Part shown: in pieces, positions 19,751 to 27,975 of the stretch
How the letters are laid out: every line of letters begins with the position of its first letter
Position numbering within the stretch: the first letter of the stretch is position 1
Assembly (NCBI GenBank): GCA_030604635.1
Contig: JAUVVL010000003.1
Span: forward strand, 1 to 37,494
Direction of reading: 5' to 3'
DNA from: Desulfobacteraceae bacterium
GTDB taxonomy: Bacteria; Desulfobacterota; Desulfobacteria; Desulfobacterales; UBA11574
Length of the DNA: 37,494 bases
Program-made: the position numbers and the translations under genes
The notes under the pieces: generated by a model
The model's input: only the letters and a program-made list of their open reading frames with translations
The model's database searches: none
What the model was told of the DNA's origin: nothing

Positions 19751-20824
19751 ATGAATAATTGCAATGTTATGAGTATTCGTGAAGAATTTGAAAAACGTGA
19801 AAGTGGTTTTATTTCTCCTTTTGGATGTCTTAGCGGCGAATCCCGGGGCCGGATGAGGCCGGAAGAACCCTGTCCTATCAGAACCATTTTTCAGGTGGAC
19901 AGGGACCGAATTATATATTCCAATGCATTCAGGCGCTTAAAACATAAAACACAGGTTTTTCTATCCCCTTTGGGCGACCAGTACAGAACCCGTCTTACCC
20001 ATACACTTGAAGTTGCTGAAATAGCAAGAACAATAGCACGTGCCATGCATCTTAACGAGGATCTGGTCGAAGCCATCGCCCTGGGCCATGACCTGGGACA
20101 TACCCCGTTCGGACATAGCGGCGAAACGGTTCTTAAAGAGATATATTCACCGGATTTTACACATAGGGAACAGAGCCTGCGTGTCGTCGACATCCTGGAA
20201 AATAACGGCAAGGGGCTCAATCTCACATATGAAGTTCGTGACGGAATCTTAAAGCATTCCAAGGGTTATGGAAAGATTATTTCAGATGATCCCGATGAAC
20301 AGGCCTGCACCATTGAAGGGAATATTGTCCGGATTGCCGATATTATGGCATATCTTAATCATGATCTGGACGATGCTATACGAAGCGGTGTCATCAAGCA
20401 GGATCAAGTGCCTGATTCATGTATAAGAATTCTTGGACGCACGCATTCGGAGCGTGCCAATACAATGATAAAGGATCTTGTATTTTCAACTTATGTTCGC
20501 GACGAAGAGCTGTATCTAAATATGAGTGATGAAGTCTATTCCACCATGACCGAATTGAGACAATTCCTTTATGAAAATGTGTATCGGTCACCCCATGTCC
20601 ATGGTGAATTTGTAAAGGCCAAGAAGATTCTGACCGAACTTTACACATGTTTTATTGACAATGAAAAGATGCTTATAAAAGAACTTGCCGATATGGAGAT
20701 GTCAGAGTGTAATAATTATAACCAGCCCAATGAGAGGATCATTTGTGATTTCATTGCCAGTATCACAGACCAATATGCGCTGACGCTCTATGAAAGAATC
20801 TTTTTTCCTTCGCCACAGTTTTAA
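19751..20824 (+). CDS. dgt: Deoxyguanosinetriphosphate triphosphohydrolase (HD-domain dGTPase-like)
   Basis: FQVDRDRII, RRLKHKTQV, RTRLTHTLEV and GHDLGHTPFGH motifs; start at 19751 or 19769. Confidence 0.92.
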   Translation: MNNCNVMSIREEFEKRESGFISPFGCLSGESRGRMRPEEPCPIRTIFQVDRDRIIYSNAFRRLKHKTQVFLSPLGDQYRTRLTHTLEVAEIARTIARAMHLNEDLVEAIALGHDLGHTPFGHSGETVLKEIYSPDFTHREQSLRVVDILENNGKGLNLTYEVRDGILKHSKGYGKIISDDPDEQACTIEGNIVRIADIMAYLNHDLDDAIRSGVIKQDQVPDSCIRILGRTHSERANTMIKDLVFSTYVRDEELYLNMSDEVYSTMTELRQFLYENVYRSPHVHGEFVKAKKILTELYTCFIDNEKMLIKELADMEMSECNNYNQPNERIICDFIASITDQYALTLYERIFFPSPQF

Positions 20825-20864
20825 GCTGTGTTCTCTTTACGCGCAAACATTTCGTGAAGAAACT

Positions 20865-21467
20865 ATGGACTCACTATCCAGAATCCAGCATAATACCTAT
20901 GCACCTTTTTTAGACCGGTTTAAAATAATTTTTGCATCCATGGATCTAAAATACAAAGAAGCTGCCGATTATTACGATTTTAATTGTACAGGATGCGAAG
21001 ACAATTGCTGCTTTACCCGTTTCTTTCATCATACCCTTTTGGAATACCTTTATATTATGGAGGGGTACGGCACTCTTGATCATGAAAAACAGGTAGAGGT
21101 AAAGCGCAGGGCGTTGGAAGTATGCCGAAAAAACGATGAGGCTGAAGAAAAAGGAATGTCTCTGCGGGTGATGTGTCCGCTTAATTTTGACGGATTGTGT
21201 CTGATTTATGATTATCGCCCTATGATATGCAGGTTACACGGTATCCTTCACGAACTCCATAGACCCGGTCAGAGCATAATGTATAGTCCTGGCTGCGATA
21301 CTTTTACCAAACAGTGTCAAGAAAAAGAGCTTTTTAAGTTTGACCGGACGCCATTTTACGTTGAAATGGCCGAGCTGGAAAAGGAGCTGAAACAGGCGGC
21401 CGGCATGAGACAAAAGATCAAAATGACCGTTGCGCAGATGATAAAAACGTTAACCCATTACCAATGA
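20865..21467 (+). CDS. Cysteine-cluster protein (YkgJ/CxxCxxCC-like)
   Basis: CTGCEDNCC and CPL..GLC.IY..RPMICR motifs; start taken at ATG 20865. Confidence 0.8.
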   Translation: MDSLSRIQHNTYAPFLDRFKIIFASMDLKYKEAADYYDFNCTGCEDNCCFTRFFHHTLLEYLYIMEGYGTLDHEKQVEVKRRALEVCRKNDEAEEKGMSLRVMCPLNFDGLCLIYDYRPMICRLHGILHELHRPGQSIMYSPGCDTFTKQCQEKELFKFDRTPFYVEMAELEKELKQAAGMRQKIKMTVAQMIKTLTHYQ

Positions 21468-21471
21468 CTTT

Positions 21472-22266
21472 TTGTATAACAGCTTGAAATACTTAGACAT
21501 AGAGAATCTTGACAGCTTGCCCGGTATAAGACTTGAAGATGGTGACACGTTTTCATTTCGTTGCTGTCCGGGAATTGCCTGTTTTAATCGATGCTGCCGC
21601 AATCTCAATCTTTTTTTATACCCCTACGATGTAATCTTTTTGAAAAACCGGCTCAATCTGCCCTCGGATCAATTTTTGGACAAATATGTGGATATCGTTT
21701 TGCGGAATTCTAACTTCTTCCCCGAAGTACTCCTTGGTATGTCCGGGGACCAGGAGCGAACCTGTCCTTTTTTAAGTGACGCCGGCTGTACGGTTTATCC
21801 TGACCGCCCGGATACCTGCCGGACGTTTCCGGTGGAACAGGGTGTTTATTACGATGCTGCCAGTAAAACAACAAAACTTATCCATTTCTTCAGACCCCCG
21901 GATTTTTGTATGGGGCAGCACGAGAAGAAAGTGTGGACGATCCAAGCATGGGCTCAGGATCAGGGAGCTGTTGTTTACAATCAAATGACTTTGCTCTGGT
22001 CGGAAATAAAGCGCATGTTCCAGGACAACCCCTGGGGTCTTGAAGGTCCGGAAGGGCCCAAAGCCAAAATGGCTTTTATGGCTACCTACAATGTCGATCA
22101 GTTCCGCGATTTTCTGTTTAACAGCACTTTTCTGAAACGCTACAAGCTTAAATCGGCAATCCGCAAAACAATCCGCAACGACGATGTGGAATTGATGAAG
22201 TTTGGATTTGAATGGGTAAAATTTTTCATCTGGGGAATACAAACCAAATCTTTCAAACTCAGGTAG
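21472..22266 (+). CDS. YkgJ-family cysteine-cluster protein
   Basis: FSFRC.PGIACFNRCC, LYPYD and CPFL..GC.VY..RP..CR motifs; start may be TTG 21484. Confidence 0.88.
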   Translation: MYNSLKYLDIENLDSLPGIRLEDGDTFSFRCCPGIACFNRCCRNLNLFLYPYDVIFLKNRLNLPSDQFLDKYVDIVLRNSNFFPEVLLGMSGDQERTCPFLSDAGCTVYPDRPDTCRTFPVEQGVYYDAASKTTKLIHFFRPPDFCMGQHEKKVWTIQAWAQDQGAVVYNQMTLLWSEIKRMFQDNPWGLEGPEGPKAKMAFMATYNVDQFRDFLFNSTFLKRYKLKSAIRKTIRNDDVELMKFGFEWVKFFIWGIQTKSFKLR

Positions 22267-22527
22267 TTTTCGATTAAAATAAAAATTCAGCCATGGGCAG
22301 ATAGGCAAGGCACGCTCAAGCTTGCTGAAAATCTTAGAAGATGAAAAAATCGATCTTGACAATCAATCCCGCCTTCGCTATTTGGATTTCGATCTTTCCG
22401 TTTCTTTCATATTTCCATATGTTGGGGTGAACCAGGAAACACTACATAATTTGAAATTTTCGATTAACCGCTCTCAAAAAGCGAGTTCTTATCAATTAGA
22501 ATAAGCCACAGGAGGTTCCCCAAAGCC

Positions 22528-23239
22528 ATGCCAGAGTTCCTCAATACCTCTCGTCATGTGCAGCAGAAAGATTATCCTTATTTCCGGCAGCTGCGGAACA
22601 AGGTGGTGATGGCGCTCCTGCTGGTCTCTTTGCTGCCACTGCTTACCATCGGCAAGATATAATGTATTACTCCGCCACTAAAGCGCTGGAGCAGAGAACC
22701 TTGGAATCCCTCCGCCTGGAGGTTGCCAAACACAGGGAAGCCACCGACCGGTTTTTGTTAGAGCGCACCAGAGGCCTGAACCTGCCGGCCCTGACCCAGC
22801 AGGGAGCACTGAAGCGTGTTTTTCGCTCGCTCCAGGACGTCGTGCCATGTTTTGTGGACCTGGGGATTATCAATGGTCAGGGGCGGCATCTGGCCTATGA
22901 GGGACCTTACCAGTTACTGTCAAAAAATTACAAGGATGCCAAATGGTTCAAGGCTGTTATGGAGCATGGCTTCTATATCAGCGATGTTTTTTCTGGTTTC
23001 AGAAAAGTGCCTCCACCGTAGCCGATACCGGTCCAGGCATCCCTGAGGAAAATCTCAAGCAAATCTTTGAGCCTCTTTCCACCGCGAAGCCGACAGGAAC
23101 AGGGCCGGGATTGGGACTCCCCAGATCTGCCAGCATTATAGAAAAATTGGGAGGGAGCATTTCCGTGGAGAGTAAACCGGATAAGGGGGCGTCATTCATC
23201 GTAGAGCTCCCATTCCGGGTGAAATATCCCGGTCCATAG
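22528..23239 (+). pseudogene. Cache-type sensor histidine kinase, frameshifted and internally deleted
   Basis: SD and N-terminal TM (LLLVSLLPLL); frameshift near 22660; Cache segment (DLGII..G..LAY.GPY.L..NY...WF); out-of-frame jump near 23013 to HATPase boxes (VADTGPGIP..IFEP..GLGL). Confidence 0.8.
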
Positions 23240-23291
23240 AGATCTTTTCCACAGGTGTGAACTGCTGTTTTTCTGCCTGAATGCGTGTGCC

Positions 23292-24683
23292 ATGATTAAA
23301 AGAGAGATCATCAAGCAGGCCATTGACGCCATATCCAGGAGGTCCCCCGACATAGGGTATTCTCTGGATGAGATGCTCGGTGTGGGTCTCATAGACGCTC
23401 CCCCAAAATCAGACATGACTGTCGACGGGGATGAGTTTTGGTTCCTTTTCGAAAACCAAATAGTACCGGTCACCAAGTACGTCTATATCCACGAAGCCAC
23501 TGTTCCCATAGAACAGAGCCTGTTGATTAAATATGGTGAGACCCTCAAAAAGCAGGAACTTGAGGATGAAGGAAACCATCTGGATTATCGAGTAGTTGCC
23601 AGAGAGATTCGCTCGGCAGGCCTAAGGTTCATGGTCACCCATGAAATCGATTATGCGCTGGCGCGCCTCAGGGAGTCCCTGGGAAGGCCAGAAAGCCGTG
23701 CTGATTTTCCATCCGCTGCCCCCCGGTCCAAAGATCGCATCAGGTCAACCTTTTCAAAAACCGGGAGGAACACAGTATCTTATCAGGATCTCATTCTCTT
23801 TCTTGAGAAACTTAAGCACGACAGCCGATGCCTTGACATAGGAAAAGATGAGGCTGACCCGGCCATTCTATTTCGCGGGCTGGTTGATATTTCTATCCCG
23901 GCCTATTTCATACGGTTTCCCTATTGTATGGACAGCCTGATGCAGGTGGCAGAGGCCAACATGGAATTTTTCCATGTCCGTTTTCTCTTAAACTGCCTGT
24001 TGCGGGGACTGGAAAGGAATCTGTTCGCCTGCGTGGTGCAGCAAAGAATTGTAGGGCTGACCTATCTTATTATTAAATACCGGGGGTTTTACAAGCAGCT
24101 GTACGGTGAATATATAGCCACCCTGCGCGGCAGGTCCGCAGCCCGGGCAGGGCCCTCCTCTGAGCCACCCCTTAAAGGTGTGGGCACCTTTTTGCTGGCC
24201 GGGGTCTGGCTGCTGTGGAAAAACGTCCTTGTAGGTATCAAGGAACTGGTCATTGACACAGAGGTGGAAGCCAGGCATGTCTACGAGTCTGCCGGTTTTC
24301 AGAGCAGGGGGCTTTCCGTCTTGGTGTTGAATCGTCCCAAAGGTTATCTGTTGAAGAGCATCCTGGTGATGATCAATAATTGCCGGGATCTCAGGCTGAA
24401 GGTGATTAAAGAGATCGAGGCAATCATCAAAAGACAGATTAAAGCTCTGCGGAAGAAGGCCAAGAGCGACGGAGAGAAATCAGCGAGGAAAGTGGTAATT
24501 GAGGCCGTTAAGGAGTGTCTGAAATCAAGGACACCTCCGGAATTGTCCAAAATAGCGGTCACTAATCTTTTGAGGTACAAAAAAAAGATTCCGGAATCAG
24601 AAGAACTCATGCAGTTTGCCTTGAAACACGCCTCCGGTGAAATAAAGGCCTATATTAGACATGCAGCAGGTACTTGTCGTTAG
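23292..24683 (+). CDS. Large protein with GNAT-like acetyltransferase domain
   Basis: 463-aa ORF; PLKGVGTFLL (motif A-like) and EARHVYESAGF (motif B-like); overlaps the start of the HDAC remnant. Confidence 0.72.
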   Translation: MIKREIIKQAIDAISRRSPDIGYSLDEMLGVGLIDAPPKSDMTVDGDEFWFLFENQIVPVTKYVYIHEATVPIEQSLLIKYGETLKKQELEDEGNHLDYRVVAREIRSAGLRFMVTHEIDYALARLRESLGRPESRADFPSAAPRSKDRIRSTFSKTGRNTVSYQDLILFLEKLKHDSRCLDIGKDEADPAILFRGLVDISIPAYFIRFPYCMDSLMQVAEANMEFFHVRFLLNCLLRGLERNLFACVVQQRIVGLTYLIIKYRGFYKQLYGEYIATLRGRSAARAGPSSEPPLKGVGTFLLAGVWLLWKNVLVGIKELVIDTEVEARHVYESAGFQSRGLSVLVLNRPKGYLLKSILVMINNCRDLRLKVIKEIEAIIKRQIKALRKKAKSDGEKSARKVVIEAVKECLKSRTPPELSKIAVTNLLRYKKKIPESEELMQFALKHASGEIKAYIRHAAGTCR

Positions 24684-24918
24684 AGACGAACGGTTTGCAC
24701 GCCCCCTTGGAACAGTTTCCCTAATTAGAGAGTCCCAGACTGATCAAGGCGATTCATTCAGTTTTGCTTAATGCCACCCTGGAGGGGAAATCAGTTGAAG
24801 TTCCGCCGGGACCGGCTTCAGCGAAAAAACTCGCCTGGGTGCACACCTCCAGTCATATTGAGCGCGTGGCCCAAAGCGCGGGCAAGCCGCTTACCTCTTT
24901 TGATGATGAAACCTCCAT
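24661..24918 (+). pseudogene. Histone deacetylase-family (AcuC-like) protein, N-terminal remnant
   Basis: MQQVLVVRDERF.. (frameshift and stop) ..LESPRLIKAI..PAS..LAWVHT..HIERV..FD.ET resembles the HDAC N-terminus; the rest is absent. Confidence 0.7.
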
Positions 24919-25114
24919 TGAAAGTTGGAACACTCGAAGTTACCACTCGAAGAACTGAGTATTATAATGACCACTATTGTCTCTCCACAGTTTGCACTCG
25001 CCGTTTTGAATCTGCGATTTTTTTCGATATTCACAATAAACCAGGCTAAATCAATGAGTTTTGATGGCTGCCTTTTGCAGGCATCCATGGCATGATTTTT
25101 GACTAATCATACCA

Positions 25115-25372
25115 TTATGCTTTAACGCCTAATTTTCTGCATGTTTTTTGCGCATTTAGGGGGCAAACTTTTCGAACACGACATGGATACTGATTATAAG
25201 TAGCGGTATGGAATCTACGAAAGCTGAAATGAAGGGCATCCTCAAATATTGCTGATCTCGCTACCATTAGAATCTGGTGTTCTTTTGGGAGCTTTTGAAA
25301 TAAGGTGCCAATGCCACACATATCATACGGCATGGGCGGCGGAGGTGAGCATCCTGGTGCAGGTTCAGGCAT
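25115..25372 (-). CDS. Hypothetical Cys/Pro-rich small protein or gene fragment
   Basis: 85-aa ORF with no recognised motif; the frame stays open about 110 nt further upstream without a clear start. Confidence 0.3.
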   Translation of the reverse strand: MPEPAPGCSPPPPMPYDMCGIGTLFQKLPKEHQILMVARSAIFEDALHFSFRRFHTATYNQYPCRVRKVCPLNAQKTCRKLGVKA

Positions 25373-25534
25373 GCTGAAGTCTGTTAACCCTGACGCGGTG
25401 GGAAAATGGATAACTGAGTTGAGGGAGAACCAGTAGGTTTCCGTGCAGCTATGTGATCTTATGGCTTTTCCTGTAATTACTGTTTCTTAAGAGAGAGAGA
25501 GACCTTTATAATCCAAAACCTGCATTCTAAAATC

Positions 25535-26374
25535 CTAAAGCACTCCTTTCGGCATGGGCGGAACTTTTTCCCCGCCCAAAACATAACCGCCGTCCAGCCG
25601 CAAAACGCTTCCGGTCATATACGGCGCATCTTTGATAATATAAAGCACCGCCTTGACCACATCTTTGATGGTGCCGGTGCGTCTTAGCAACGTGTGGTCG
25701 ATGAGGGACTCTTTCTGTTCATCGCTGAGCAAATCCCAGCCCATGGTTCTTTCTCCATGCCGGGTTTCAACAAATCCCAACATGATTTCATTGACGCGCA
25801 CCTGAGGCGCGCCGATGCGGGCCCATGTTTCGGTTAATAGCGAAGTCCCGCGGTTTGCGGCTGCATAGCCGTCATTGAATATGTAGCCGGCAGGACCTGA
25901 CCGTCCAACAATGCCTGCAATAGAAGAAAGGTTTATGACAACACCGTCTCCAGATGCCTTGAGATGCGGCAGGGCATATTCAAAAATCCACCTTTTTGCA
26001 CGCAGAGTGGTTGCCATTTCAAGGTCCCACTGTTCCTGGGCATAAGGCCCGTGAACCACCGGCCAACCACCACGTTCGATGTTATTAATCAGAATGTCAA
26101 GGCGGCCAAAATGATCCACAACATTCTTAATAAGACCTGGAATTTTGTCGGTCCTAAGCAGGTTGGTTCTGATAATCAGGTGATCCCGACCGGTTTTGGC
26201 AAAGTCCTGCTGCATTTCATCAAGACTTTCTTCCCAGTCGAAATAGTTTAAGGCGACTTTTGCCCCTCCCTGTGCAAGGGCAAGCCCGATCCCCTTTCCT
26301 ATCCCTTTAACAGCCCCGAGCACCAGGGCTACTTTGTCTTTGATTTCCATAAGCGTAACCTTATTTTTTGCCAA
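25535..26374 (-). CDS. Short-chain dehydrogenase/reductase (atypical catalytic motif)
   Basis: LGAVKGIG Rossmann motif, FGRLDILINN, NLSS, YAAAN, TG..LRLDGG; start may be 26350. Confidence 0.9.
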   Translation of the reverse strand: MAKNKVTLMEIKDKVALVLGAVKGIGKGIGLALAQGGAKVALNYFDWEESLDEMQQDFAKTGRDHLIIRTNLLRTDKIPGLIKNVVDHFGRLDILINNIERGGWPVVHGPYAQEQWDLEMATTLRAKRWIFEYALPHLKASGDGVVINLSSIAGIVGRSGPAGYIFNDGYAAANRGTSLLTETWARIGAPQVRVNEIMLGFVETRHGERTMGWDLLSDEQKESLIDHTLLRRTGTIKDVVKAVLYIIKDAPYMTGSVLRLDGGYVLGGEKVPPMPKGVL

Positions 26375-27089
26375 AAAGCTTATATTTTATCCATTTAAGA
26401 CCTAGCTTTAAAAGCGCTTCATCATCATTCTTTACGGCATCTAAAGTGCCGGAGTCTAAACTAAGGTCATCTAAGATTCCTTTTTCGAATATATGTGATC
26501 CGAACTTGTCAAGATCATAACATGCCATGTGAAAAATGAAACTTGCCTTGATATCAAGCTGACCCGGCGCAAGGCGATTCTTGAGGCTGATGATTTCCAT
26601 CAGCATGTCGTTCATTTGATTATAAATTCTAATCCCCTGATCTTCTACCCATTCTTCGACGGTCTGGATTTGCTCCTGTCTAAATCCTAAACAATGCGGT
26701 TCTTTTAACAGCATGTACTGCTCGATGATTTTGCCTGTTTCTCTGGATCGTGATGCAATTCGGACCAGGGGGTAAGCACGGCACGAAGACGGGCGGTCTT
26801 CATAAACACTGCATCCTGATGAGGTCACAAACGGGCATTTAAATTCACGAGCATAATCTGTTTTGAGTGTTATGATAGGAAGCCCGGATTCGGGACCTGT
26901 GTGCTGTGCGGTAAAACGCTCCAAAAAAAGACTCGACGTCATGCCCAGGTGATTTTTAAGGCGCAGTATATCGTAAGGCGTAAGACACTGGTTCAGATCT
27001 TTGCAGCATTCATTGAAACAGGGCACACGCTCCGAGCATGAAAACCTGAACGTATCGCTAAGAGAAAGGGGTATCATGTTGTTATCCAT
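26361..27089 (-). CDS. YkgJ-family cysteine-cluster protein
   Basis: FRFSC...VPCFNECC, LTPYD and CPFV..GCSVY..RP..CR.YP motifs; paralogous to 21472-22266. Confidence 0.88.
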   Translation of the reverse strand: MDNNMIPLSLSDTFRFSCSERVPCFNECCKDLNQCLTPYDILRLKNHLGMTSSLFLERFTAQHTGPESGLPIITLKTDYAREFKCPFVTSSGCSVYEDRPSSCRAYPLVRIASRSRETGKIIEQYMLLKEPHCLGFRQEQIQTVEEWVEDQGIRIYNQMNDMLMEIISLKNRLAPGQLDIKASFIFHMACYDLDKFGSHIFEKGILDDLSLDSGTLDAVKNDDEALLKLGLKWIKYKLFGKK

Positions 27090-27176
27090 ATAAACTATTC
27101 CTAATAAAAAAGAACCCTTGAATAATGCAATAGTAACATCTCAATAAGTTCTGGGGTATTAGCCGCGAAAGACTCG

Positions 27177-27377
27177 CCCACTGATAATAAAATGTAAAAT
27201 ATCTGAAACTCGCATGTAAGTGCGCCTAAAGAAAAAACAGTGGCCCACATTTATAATAATAATTGTTTAAACGCCACTTTTTTATATGTTTAAAAGATGG
27301 ATTATCTTTCGCTTTTTTTCTTAAGGCTTACTAACACGCTCAAACAGTCAGATCTTTTACATTTTATCACCAGTGGG
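27177..27377. mobile_element. 201-bp MITE-like element (family D)
   Basis: 30-bp inverted ends CCCACTGATAATAAAATGTAAAATATCTGA / TCAGATCTTTTACATTTTATCACCAGTGGG; a solo end at 18514-18535. Confidence 0.65.
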
Positions 27378-27418
27378 ATAAAACAATTTATTGAGAAGTT
27401 ACATGCAATAAAAGTGTT

Positions 27419-27853
27419 TTACCAGGCCGTTCCGGTGATGGTCACCTCAACGGTACGTGATCTTGGACGGTTATCATGGTTGATTGCTACAACCTGCTGC
27501 CAGGTTCCCAACTTCAGTCGCCTGTTTCTTACAGGCAGAACAACTGAAGGCCCAAGCAATGCAGCCTGAACATGGCTGTGTCCGTTGCCGTCATGCCAGG
27601 CCTTTTCATGTTCGTATTCCAGGTCGGGAGGGGCCAGCCTGTTTATGGCCCTTTTCAGGTCTTCCACGACTCCGGGTTCGAATTCAATGGTTGTAATCGA
27701 TCCGGTTGATCCGACCATCGTGGCACAAAGACTCCCGTTTCCAATATCAGATTTGCTGATCAATCGGTCGAGTTCTGACGTAATATCGCAAATATCCGGC
27801 CCGGTATTAAGTCTAACATCAATCGATTCGGATAATATTGATACGGATCTCAT
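27419..27853 (-). CDS. yjbQ: YjbQ/UPF0047 family protein
   Basis: GSTGSITTIEFEPG, WHDGNGHSH and LGTWQQV motifs. Confidence 0.92.
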   Translation of the reverse strand: MRSVSILSESIDVRLNTGPDICDITSELDRLISKSDIGNGSLCATMVGSTGSITTIEFEPGVVEDLKRAINRLAPPDLEYEHEKAWHDGNGHSHVQAALLGPSVVLPVRNRRLKLGTWQQVVAINHDNRPRSRTVEVTITGTAW

Positions 27854-27975
27854 AATTGTCCTCCATATAATCTGAAAGATCTATACTACACATCGGGGCT
27901 TATTTTAATTCCTTATATACCTTAAATACTTTAAACGATCTTATTTGCAGCTTTTTGATTTGTCACTAATGGAAA

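Noticed and set aside
18569-20824. Deaminase, HsdR_N and dGTPase as an anti-phage nucleotide-depletion island
   Set aside because: The dGTPase is the short housekeeping-like type and the deaminase is TadA-like without a kinase domain; no other defence genes are present. Not excluded without a DefenseFinder/PADLOC run
25088-25104. Sigma54-like TGGCATGATTTTTGAC
   Set aside because: The -12 element is TTGA rather than TTGC, and there is no plus-strand gene downstream
27297-27569. 90-aa plus-strand ORF
   Set aside because: Starts inside a MITE and runs antisense into yjbQ
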